From Eutreptiella sp. 'Long Island Sound 2002' (Eukaryota; Protista; Euglenida), in assembly GCA_964036045.1 (NCBI GenBank), contig OZ038379.1, positions 19,468,001 through 19,532,000 on the forward strand: a DNA stretch of 64,000 bases. The letters run 5' to 3'. Positions within the stretch are counted from its first letter, which is position 1, and each line of letters begins with the position of its first letter. The notes under the pieces were generated by a model. The model was not told the origin of the DNA. It ran no database searches and saw only the letters and a program-made list of their open reading frames with translations. The translations under genes were made by a program, and so were the position numbers. Shown one piece after another: positions 25,767-35,589 of the stretch.

Positions 25767-25927
25767 AGGGAAGTCTCACCCTTCAACTGCAGTTAAGGAG
25801 GAGGGGCGTTACTCCCTCGGTTAGAAGTAGCAGAGCCCCAATACTACTTCTTTCCTTATACCCCGTGGTTCAGGCAACAACCTGCCTGACTCACTACGTC
25901 ACAAGGTGCCCATTTCTGTGACGTAGT
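25767..25927. other. Cluster of consecutive hairpins (candidate structured RNA or element terminus)
   Basis: Stems: GAGGG/CCCTC (25801-25818), AGAAGTAG/CTACTTCT (25823-25851), CAGGCA/TGCCTG (25871-25888), ACTACGTCACA/TGTGACGTAGT (25893-25927). Also the palindrome AACTGCAGTT. Confidence 0.55.
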
Positions 25928-26009
25928 TGTTTCAGTTCGCATGTTGCGACGTTTCGCGTTTCCAGTCGTTTTGCGTTTCGAGTTGTGGTGCCTGCTACTA
26001 CGCCGCTAC

Positions 26010-26680
26010 CTACTGCTTCTTGGTCTTCCCACCATGGGAAGCCGCGGCTTGCTTCTTGCCCTTGCCGGCGGCTAGTTTCTTTTTCGCTGGCTTCTTGCTA
26101 CTACTGTTGCTGCTGCTGCTAGCGATGGCCTCGGAAGCTACCGTCCGCTTCTTGCACTTCTTAGTTGTTGCCTTCTTTCTGGCTTGTTTCTTGCTGCTGC
26201 CGTTGTGGCTGCTGTTGTTGCTGCTACTGCTGCACCCGTTGCTGCTACCGGTGGTACTCGTAGTGCCGCTTGTACTACTACCGCTGCCGCTGCTACTGTT
26301 GTCGCTTTCGCTACCCTCGGAACCGCTCCGTGGCTGGTAGTCTTTGTCCTTCTTGTCCTGTGCCTCCATAACTGCTTATGCTTCTCGGTCTCCAGTCTTT
26401 GCTGCCCGGCGCGCTGCTTTTTTCACTGCTTTTTTCTGTGCCCGACGTGCTGCTTTCTTCTCTACCTTTGCGAGGATCTCACGTTGCAGTGTAACCTCGC
26501 CCTTCAATTTATGGCGCTTCTTTTGCACGCGCTTTTTCTCTTTTGCGCTCTTTTGGTTTGACAATTGCTTTTGCCAAGTGGTCAACCCCATTTGGAGGAT
26601 AGCCTTCTCTTCCTCTGGCTATACATGGCTATGGAAGTATGCAGTCTCGGGGCCCGATTGGGAGTTCACCATGCCCAAGT
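26010..26680 (-). pseudogene. Lys/Ser-rich low-complexity ORF broken by in-frame stops (probably element-derived)
   Basis: One frame reads ...FHSHV*PEEEKAILQMGLTTWQKQ...KAARRAAKTGDREA*AVMEAQDKKDKDY...KKQ, with TAG at 26619-26621 and TAA at 26376-26378. Confidence 0.5.
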
Positions 26681-28239
26681 AGGCCCCCTGGCCCAAATCG
26701 CCCATCGGGCTGTCGAATGTGTCGTTGGTGTAAGCCAGACTCACGTCCATCTGGCCTGTAGAAACGGGACTGTGTTATACTTGCGGTAGAATGCACTTGT
26801 TGGAGGTGTATGGGGGAACCCTCCGGGTGGTGTACGGCTGATGCAAAGCACTGCAGCATGCAGTGAGCAGAGGGTTGATGAACAAGCCAGTGCCTACTGC
26901 CAGTGTCATGCATGTGGTCGAGCGTTGTGGCCACACTGCATGGCTGATGTCGTGCCACACAGGAGGGAGGCCGCTCCCTGTACATCGGACCTCGGTTCTT
27001 TGCTTTGCCGACAAGACTCATGGGCAGACAGGCTGGTGTGCTCAAGGGGCCACGGGGTGAACCATCAAAGGTGGGGTCGGTTCGCCGGCTGGTACTTCCG
27101 GTTGAACGCACTTGGGTGTGTGTTGTGGAGGCGTGCCCCTAGACTGGAGACTGCTGATGCCTGGCGGGTGCACTGCTGCTCGCCGTTCATTGAGTCTCAG
27201 TTTGCGTCTTTGCTGACCGGACACGCGCGCACGCATTGGAGCGCGCTGGTGGCGTCGAATGTTAGGCCGCACTTCCTGACGAGGGCCTGTGGGTCAGCAC
27301 ACGAGCGTGTCTCGTTGACCTTGTGTCAGGGGGTGCCAGGGATAGGGGGGGGGGGGGGGCTCAAATGGTCAGGTGAGCCGCCAGGCACGTGACTTCAGCC
27401 ACACCTGCTCCCCACGAACTTCATGGCCATCAGTTTCAAGGTGTGGACACTTCCATGGGACAAGAGGTGGGGTGGGGGGTGGGGATTCCCCTTCCACCTC
27501 AGCCCCTCTCACTGGTAAACGAAACTGCCGGACACACGAACCTGCTCAGCCAACCATGTCCCCAGCTGCAGTACAGTGCTCCACCACTCCCCAAAGGGAA
27601 GCTGCCCCGGCGACCAGAGCCTCCGAAGGGTTCATCACAGTTACTACATGGGGCACGGAGCGCCGGGTCCCCTTACCTCCTGGACCCCGCCTCCCCCGTC
27701 ACCTGCCATGCGCCGCAGGGAGGGGTAGCGCACGCAGGTTGCGCGATTCCGGGTGTGCCACCGCTGTCTACATTGCGGATCCACTCAGGACTCAGCAGGA
27801 CAACACATGAAACCCGGGACTTGAAGGTCGATGCCGTCCAGCGCGGCTATTCGAACCTGTGCTGACTCGTTCGTCGACATCCGGGGGTATGGCCCCGGTG
27901 CCAACTTCACCGGTGTACCCTTCCACGTCAGCATCACTTCTTGCGCAAGGAGTGCCACACTCCCCCATCGGGTACACGCCCCTGTCACCACTGCACCCAC
28001 CAACCCATGAGCCCCCGCCAGCCCTCCACCCCAACGCACCACCCTCAAAGGCACATGGCAGGACCGGGTGCCGGACAATGCGGAGATGATGGTCCAGGCC
28101 AGTCAGCTGCTGCTCCTGGTCCGCCATCGACTGCGGCAGTTCCGGAAGCTGAACACTGCTCTTGGCGCACCAAGAACAGTGAGACGGCCCAAACGACAGC
28201 CCAACTGGGAACCACAACGATCACGCAAGTAACCGCCGA

Positions 28240-29010
28240 CTACCCCCCAGGCACCGCTGGCTTCACCCATTGAGCCACTAGGAATGCCCCTGTCAGGGAT
28301 TGCTGCGCGTCCCGTTCGATTTGGGGGACCGCCTCGACCTCCTCATCCTTCGAGAAGTGCACGCACGTCCGCAGGTCGCATGGCAGCTGCGGCACCAAGG
28401 CTCGCATATCGGCCGGCGACCGCAAAATGACGTCGCGGAACAGCGGGTGGCCGCGCGCGCCCGCCGCCCGCCGCCGTTGGGCCCACCACAAGCTTTGGCT
28501 GTTGAGCGTTGCGACCGTGACAGTGCCGCCGGGCTTGGCGACACGCAGCAGCTCCGCGACGGCCGTCGGGGCGTCCCGTACGAACTCAATGGCTGTGACG
28601 GACACGCACTTGTCGAACGCGTTGTCGGGAAAGGGCAGGCACCGCATGTCGCCCACGACGGCACGAAAGGCCAACCCTGTCATCCGCTGCCGGGCCCTTT
28701 CGAGCATTTGTCGCGACACATCCAGTCCGACGACGTTCGAGCCACGCCGCACGTAATCGAGGGTGAAGATCCCAGTGCCGCACCCGGCGTCGAGCAGGGT
28801 GTCGCCGTGTGTGGGCCGCAGCATGTCCAAGAGCAGCTGCTGTTCGTACTTGAATATCAGGCCCCCAATGGGCGTCCGAAACCATTGGTCGTACTCCTCC
28901 GTCCAGCCATCGAAGAGGGCCTGCGGGTCTTGCTGGATTGCAGTGGCCATACGACAGCATTTCCACGACCACCCTCGTGATGCCGCGCGCCCCACGCGGC
29001 GGGGTATCAT
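28240..29010 (-). CDS. Class I SAM-dependent methyltransferase (Methyltransf_11-like), intronless, with a putative mitochondrial presequence
   Basis: Motifs LLDAGCGTG, GLDVS..ML, GDMRCLPFPDNAFD and ELLRVAKPGG. ATG at 29010 follows a TACGCCAG acceptor by 7 nt and encodes the Arg-rich, acid-free MIPRRVGRAASRGWSWKCCR. Alternative start at 28950. 256 aa. Confidence 0.92.
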   Translation of the reverse strand: MIPRRVGRAASRGWSWKCCRMATAIQQDPQALFDGWTEEYDQWFRTPIGGLIFKYEQQLLLDMLRPTHGDTLLDAGCGTGIFTLDYVRRGSNVVGLDVSRQMLERARQRMTGLAFRAVVGDMRCLPFPDNAFDKCVSVTAIEFVRDAPTAVAELLRVAKPGGTVTVATLNSQSLWWAQRRRAAGARGHPLFRDVILRSPADMRALVPQLPCDLRTCVHFSKDEEVEAVPQIERDAQQSLTGAFLVAQWVKPAVPGG

Positions 29011-29875
29011 GCCGAAGCTGGCGTACACGCACATCCACACAGGGCGAGACCACAGGCACAAGCGGCAGGTACGTGTATGATGTCGCTGCAGCAAGAAACG
29101 AATGGCAACACCCTCTGGTGAGCACTGTACTCAAAAGAGGGGGGTACTTGCACCGCGTGCGCCTTTCGGACTCCTCTGGTGAGTTTCAACTACGCATGAA
29201 GGCCACTGTGATGTGCCCCATCGAGGGAAGAGCATGCCCAGAGCATCGATCTTTGCCCCCCCCCCCCCCAACTCCGCCGCCCCCGTGCCAGGAACAGTGT
29301 CTGCCATGGGCCTCGCACTGTGGTTCTGTGACTAAGGATTGATTGCGCGTTAGCTCTGCTGCGGACCCCCCACTGTGGCCCACAGCAGACGCCCTTTAAT
29401 GGAGTTACGCCGCCACACAACTGGGGGGACACTGGCAAGCGCACGCCCCCCCCCAAGCCGCTGTGTCACCACTCGGCGGAGGACGTATGTCAGGCATGGT
29501 CTCCACAAGGGAGGGCGGTGAGACACCACTGGGGACCGGAAGGTGCGAGCGAGGGGGCTGGCAGCTTTGGGCCGACAATGCACACCCCTTCACTGAGGGG
29601 TTTACCCTCACCTCTGCATCGAGATGGTCTGCTCAGGAATCTGAGGGACCCCACTGCCCTTGAACATACACACCAGATTCTATTCCACAAGCATCAAATC
29701 ACTGCCACAGGCCTTTACTTCCGGTCCTCTTGTGCAATCACCTACTCTTCTCACTAATCTCTGTGCTGGACCCCATACTCGCCCCTGGGGGAGGGTGTGC
29801 CGGGCGCACGCTCAGTGCCTGCCCCACGCAGTCCGTTTGAGGAAATGACTTCGGCCCTTTGATCCGCCCCCGTAC

Positions 29876-29882
29876 AGTAGCC

Positions 29883-29936
<54 letters not shown>

Positions 29937-30123
29937 ATTTGATTTGATTTGATTTGATTTGACGGCTTCGTTTTGTACCGGATCCGTACCAGTACCCGCA
30001 CAGTTATCCTCTTCTCTTTTTTTTTGTTCACATACCCAACATTACACACAACGACCTGTCAATGTGATTTTCCGAGCTTCTCGTCCTGCAACGAACGAGA
30101 CGTCCAATCAAATCAAAAGTAGC

Positions 30124-30180
<57 letters not shown>

Positions 30181-30416
30181 GGTGGTGGTAGTAGCAGCAG
30201 CAGCAGCAGGCAGCAGGCAGGCGGCGGTGGCGGCGGCGGTGGCGGCGGCGGCGGCGGCAGTGGTGGTGGTGGTGGTGGTGGAAGTAGTAGTAGTACTAGT
30301 AGTAGTAGTAGTAATAGGAGCAGTCGTAGTAGTAGTGGTGGTGGTGGTGGTGGTGGTGGTTATGGTGGTGGTGGTGGTAGTGGTGGTGGTGGTGGTGGTG
30401 GTGGTGGTGGTGGTCA
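29876..30416. repeat. Compound simple-repeat block: (AGT)n, (GATTT)n, (CAAAT)n, (GGT)n, (GGC)n
   Basis: Read directly from the sequence. Confidence 0.95.
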
Positions 30417-30639
30417 TATTCATCTTCATACTCTGAGCTCTGCAAAATCAAGTCAAGTAGTATCCAAACCTGTTCCAAAAAGCCATGCAGCACGGTCTCT
30501 GTCCACGGGGTTTCGTTTATGTCAATTTTACCTGAATACAAGCTTGGAGAAGATAGGGAGAAAGAGGCTGATCTCTCCTGGGCTATGGATGCGGTGCAGT
30601 TGCATTTCCCTTCACTGCCAGTGTCGCTCAATAGACCTC

Positions 30640-32000
30640 TATGGACAATGTGAAAATTGAAAAGTATGATTACAATACCTCTGTATGATAGCATTGAAAG
30701 TCATGGCGTCCTCTTTGCTCTGTATCTCCCTCTCATCACCTCTCGGGTCCACCCTCAGGAATGTTGAAAGATCTAGTTACCTAATCAAAGAGATGCGCAC
30801 TAGCAACAGAACCGTTGTGGATCTGGCATTTGCACGTGAATTGCTGAGTTCCAGAACTGCTATCAAACGAGACCTGATTCTACCCATCTTGCAAGAGAAA
30901 TATGATGCTGCTACAACCGAGGAGGAATGTAATGCAGACGGCCTCTGTGAACTGCTACCGCAAATCTTGGGCAAACTTGTTGTGCTGTCCACATTCTTCC
31001 GTGCTCAACGTGTCGGTGCATCGCCTCTTCACCACCAAATGCGGACATTGCACCCTCCAGTATCATGCAGACATGCCACTGCCGCCACAAACTGAACTAT
31101 GACCTCTTGTGACCTCTGTGTGTTGCTGCGTTCATCGGTTCATTGGGTGGACGAGTGTACTGGCACTGCCCACAGTGGCACCTCAGGGGGGGGGTCTGAG
31201 GTGCTGTCATTGCATTCAATGATATTCAGTTGTTACTCAATGCGATTTGATGCTATTGAATGCTATATAATTGCTACTCAATGCTATTCAATGCTATTCC
31301 TTGGCCACTCAATGCTATTCAATGCTATTAAATTGCTACTCAATGCTATTCAATGCTATTGAATTGCTACTCACTGCTACCGCAAATCTTGGGCAAACTT
31401 GTTGTGCTGTCCACATTCTTCCGTGCTCAACGTGTCGGTGCATCGCCTCTTCACCACCAAATGTGGACATTGCACCCTCCAGTATCATGCAGACATGCCA
31501 CTGCCGCCACAAAACGTTCAGCAACACTACCGAAACCCCTTTCCCCTGCTGCTGCAGGCTAAGCTTGGACCAAAGAGGAGTGTAGTAACTAGCGGCCAGT
31601 GGCGTCCGTAATGTTGGAACGTGGTCGATGACTCAGTAGTGCCGTGGGGCAGATTCCTGATTCTGTTTGCAGTCTAGGCCGCACGGATGCCTGCAAAGAA
31701 CGACTCTTTGTATGGCCATCACTACAGCTGCTCGAAACCTTGGTTTCCGCTAATGTTGTTGCTCTGCATGAACACAATTTGTTGAAATGGTGTGCTGAAG
31801 AGTGGTGTCTCAATCGGCAAGCACACAAGCACACGGTGCTCAACAAGAAAAGCAAGGCACCTGACAATGAGGAAGAGGAGGAGGAGGAGAAGGACAGCAA
31901 GAGCACCAGCCACAGTGATTCAAATATGAATCTCAGTGACTTAGTCACGGAGATTAACAACACCATTTTGCACACGATGGAGCCGTGCTAGCAGACAGAG
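30640..32000 (+). mobile_element. Degenerate DNA-transposase remnant, hAT C-terminal dimerisation-like
   Basis: QYLCMIALKVMA...LSSPLGSTLRNVERSSYLIKEMRTSNR resembles the hAT ...VERSFS...T..R motif. AT-richer than host exons, with an acidic tail ORF at 31644-31991. Confidence 0.45.
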
Positions 32001-32795
32001 GTTGGAACAAGTCTTTGTGGTAGGTATTCAAATGCGGAATGGTGGTACCCTCACTGGCTTGCAGTTAGGGTTCGTGGTTTCCATTTTGCATTTTTTCGGT
32101 TTCAGTTACACCACCTTCCTTTTGCATTTTTTTGGGGGGTGTGAAATACTTGTGAGGTTGTAGTGATAAAAAACAAGCATGCTACAAGAAGAGGCCTTCA
32201 CCAAGCACACAGGGTGGCTCAACAAAGAGGTGGGGTGTAACAAGATATTGTGTCACATTGCTTGCGGCAAAGCAGGGTTCATAGGGTGCATTTGGTGTGG
32301 GGGAATTTGCGGTGGAATCTCAATGTAGCAAGGAGGTGCACCTCAACTGTTGCTTGGAACATTCAAAACAATCAATACATACATACAAACGTTCTCAATG
32401 AGAAGGAGGAAAACAACTTGAAACCCGTGGAATCGATGGCAACTAAACAACCACACAGCACCACATAGCCACTACACCAGCGCATGAATGATGATGCTGG
32501 AAGGGACGTGGACGTTGAACTATGACCTCTTGTGACCTCTGTGTGTTGCTGCGTTCATCGGTTCATTGGGTGGACGAGTGTACTGGCACTGCCCACAGTG
32601 GCACCTCAGGGGGGGGTCTGAGGTGCTGTCATTGCATTCAATGATATTCAGTTGTTACTCAATGCGATTTGATGCTATTGAATGCTATATAATTGCTACT
32701 CAATGCTATTCAATGCTATTCCTTGGCCACTCAATGCTATTCAATGCTATTAAATTGCTACTCAATGCTATTCAATGCTATTGAATTGCTACTCA
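30949..32795 (+). repeat. Nested duplication A-B-A'-spacer-B' (A 30949-31092 and 31373-31515; B 31093-31373 and 32516-32795)
   Basis: Both pairs are near-identical. B contains the hairpins CACTG-CCCA-CAGTG and CACCTCAG-G7T-CTGAGGTG plus (TCAATGCTAT)n. Confidence 0.9.
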
Positions 32796-34489
32796 ATACT
32801 ATCCAGGTAGGTAGGTAGGTATCTTCGGGAGCTCGGGATGCCTCCTTTGACACTGCAGGAGCCCAAATAAACCTTGGTTCAACAAACCTCTCTCTCTTGC
32901 TTGTGGCCGCAAGACAACCATATCCAGTTACTCTATGCACTATTTTGGTTGATTAGCAACGGTGTGTCAGGGTTTGTTTTTTGAACAAAGGATTTTTTTT
33001 GAGGCGAGCTAGAGTGGGATAGAGGCCGGGTTGGCTGCAACCCCCTCAGACCAGTTCCCAGAGGTTTCCGAACCGCACCCAAATGAACTGCAAATTGAAC
33101 AAAGAAGAGTTCATGGTGGAGTACCAAAAAGCAGTTGTTGTGTGGGAATGCCTCCACCGGTGGCCACCAACCATGGCCACCAACATAACCCCTTCTGCAC
33201 TGGCTGTGAACTGGACCAGCTGGGACGGCAGTAATGAGTCTTCAGGGTGTGACAGCCGAGAGTGTACCAGTCGCCGAGGGAGACCAATGCAAACCACCTG
33301 AAACGGCTGCCTTGACCACAGCTGCGCCATAGTGAATCAGGCAAAGCAGCTGGACCCGCTCAGTGTATCGTTCCAAGGATCCTTTAGATTAGGATTAGGA
33401 GTAGGGGATGATGTAGCTTGCAGGAATGCCCCACAGCGCCACACTCCAATCGTGATCCTGCAATGCAGTCAATCCAAGGGCCACACACCCATGGCCCTGT
33501 GGCCATGGTCATTTAGCAGACACATTTGTCGCACAGACACTGCACAGATACTACACAATTGCACTGAAAAGGCGGAGTAGCAGTCGTAGGCCACAAGCAC
33601 CAGACTGACCCAGGCTGCAAGGAACCTTATTTACAATGTGGGTGTGCATACGTAAGCACAAGAAGCTGCATTCATAAGTTGTGAGCATTAAATCTGTGTA
33701 ACACTCAACATGAGTTACCAAGTGCGATTCTGGAAACCCAAACCTCGGCATAGAAACAGGGAGGGAGGCAGTCGACGTGCAGCACACGCTGGTTGGGCAT
33801 GCACAAATATGGACATAAAGTATAGACGCTGGATGTTGGACAAATGTATATGGACCTACAGTGGACACAGGGGACGAGGTAGGTGTGGATCCAGAATGTC
33901 AACTGCGTAGTCGAGATGATGCAATCAGACAGCACTCGTGCCTAGCAGCGTTCAGGGATCAGTTGGTGATACGAGGTGTGCGCCTACCCCCAGAAATGTC
34001 CTTGGCACTTGGGCGGGGTGCAACACGTGGCTATCAATCCTCCTTTTCAGTGCGGCAGCCGTCACATATCATGGCGAAGTGTCTGTGACTGAGCTCGCTT
34101 TTTGCCTGTTGCACTGCCTGAGCCACGATGGACGCCGTTCGGCAGAGCTAAAGAGGGCCAGCGACCAACGAGGTAGGGCAACAGCAAAAGCTGCGGGAAT
34201 GGCTGCTAAATGCTTGGATCCAGACCTGAAAGGGAAAGGCGCGGGGTTGTAGTGGGGGTGCGCAGGAGTCAGGCTTTGATCTTTTCTCACACCAGATTCC
34301 TACAATGGTCGATAAAATATGCGAAGACAACTGAGAGAACCGGTCAAATATGCGGACGAAATCATCCCCCCATGCGCTGACGCATGGTCAGTCGCGTGTG
34401 TGGGGCCACAAAGTGCACGCGCAGGCCACTGGTGTGTGCGATACGATGTGTGGCGAGAAACGTGACAAAGCTCCGCAAGCCGCTGTTTT

Positions 34490-35375
34490 GGCCCCCTTGG
34501 GGGAATGTAGGCCGGCGCGCGCCCGGCGCGCTAGTTTTCTATTAACTATCCCGACTTCAGCCCCAGATTTACCCTCTCATGGAGAAGCCCCCCAAGGAGA
34601 CCACATTGCACTGCACACCTTCCCTACAAAGCACGTTGCAAAATAAAGCAGGATCTGTGAATTCAACCACTCCAACTTTCATTTGTAGTGTAATTAACAA
34701 ACAACATTGGTCCCACAAGTGTGGGCGTCGATACATTCATTACAATAGTGCTCCTTACACTCATCACAAACTGGGACGGTGCGACGGTGAATGCTACGTC
34801 ACCCCTGCATTCTCGGGGGTCCCCAACAAAGGGGACAAAATCAGAAGTCAAAACCTACGCCGGGGGTCACCATGATGCACCACGCAACAAAGCGTGGATT
34901 CAAAGATTGTTCCGGTTTCCTCAATAGCACCAGAAGGTTGGGGCCCAAAAGAGGGCGGAAATGCTATGTCACCCCTGCATTCTCGGGGGTCCCCAACAAA
35001 GGGGACAAAATCAGAAGTCAAAACCTACGCCGGGGGTCACCATGATGTACCACGCAACAAAGCGTGGATTCAAAGATTGTCCCGGTTTCCTCAATAGCAC
35101 CAGAAGGTTGGGGCCCAAAAGAGGGCGGAAATGCTACGTCACCCCTGCATTCTCGGGGGTCCCCAACAAAGGGGACAAAATCAGAAGTCAAAACCTACGC
35201 TAGGGGTCACCATGATGCACCACGCAACAAAGTGTGGGTCTCTAGTACAGCCAGGCGCCCAAATAGCTGCACTGTGCTAAGTGCGCCCCCTTAGTGCACC
35301 CCCTAAAAGGCCACTAGAGGGGCACGGGTCCAAAAAGATGCCCGGCGCGCGCCCGGCGCGCTAACGTTCCCCCCT
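34490..35375. mobile_element. Repeat-bounded segment 3 (same end family) containing a tandem array
   Basis: CCGGCGCGCGCCCGGCGCGCTA at ~34512 and ~35343. 35180-35300 aligns with 6490-6620 (TCAAAACCTAC...ATGATGC...ACAAAGT.TGGG...GCCCAAATAG.TGCACTG). Confidence 0.5.
34791..35237 (+). repeat. 170-bp tandem repeat, ~2.6 near-identical units
   Basis: Units start at 34791, 34961 and 35131 (ATGCTAYGTCACCCCTGCATTCTCGGGGGTCCCC). Confidence 0.95.
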
Positions 35376-35589
35376 TAGTGCACCAGTGTCATGGCCCCTG
35401 CCAGCCCTTGGTCTGGGTGTATACACAACCAAAAGCATCATGCTCCTTTGATTTCCCCATCTCCAAATATGAGGCTGGTTCCAAAATTGGGGATGTATGT
35501 CTCCCAGGGAGATCCCCAGGGACATTCCTTTGAGATCCCCATACCCAAAACAGGGGCAGGGGGAGGGGTTGGCATGACGTCGGGGTAAA

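Noticed and set aside
29959-30694. Poly-Ser/Gly, poly-Thr, poly-Val and poly-His ORFs; also poly-CV/HT ORFs at 19.7-20.6 kb and repeat ORFs at 43.9-45.0 kb
   Set aside because: They are translations of microsatellites or minisatellites.
34791-35237. Possible CRISPR array (also the 85-bp and 60-bp repeats)
   Set aside because: Units are contiguous with no unique spacers, lengths are wrong, there are no cas genes, and the context is eukaryotic.
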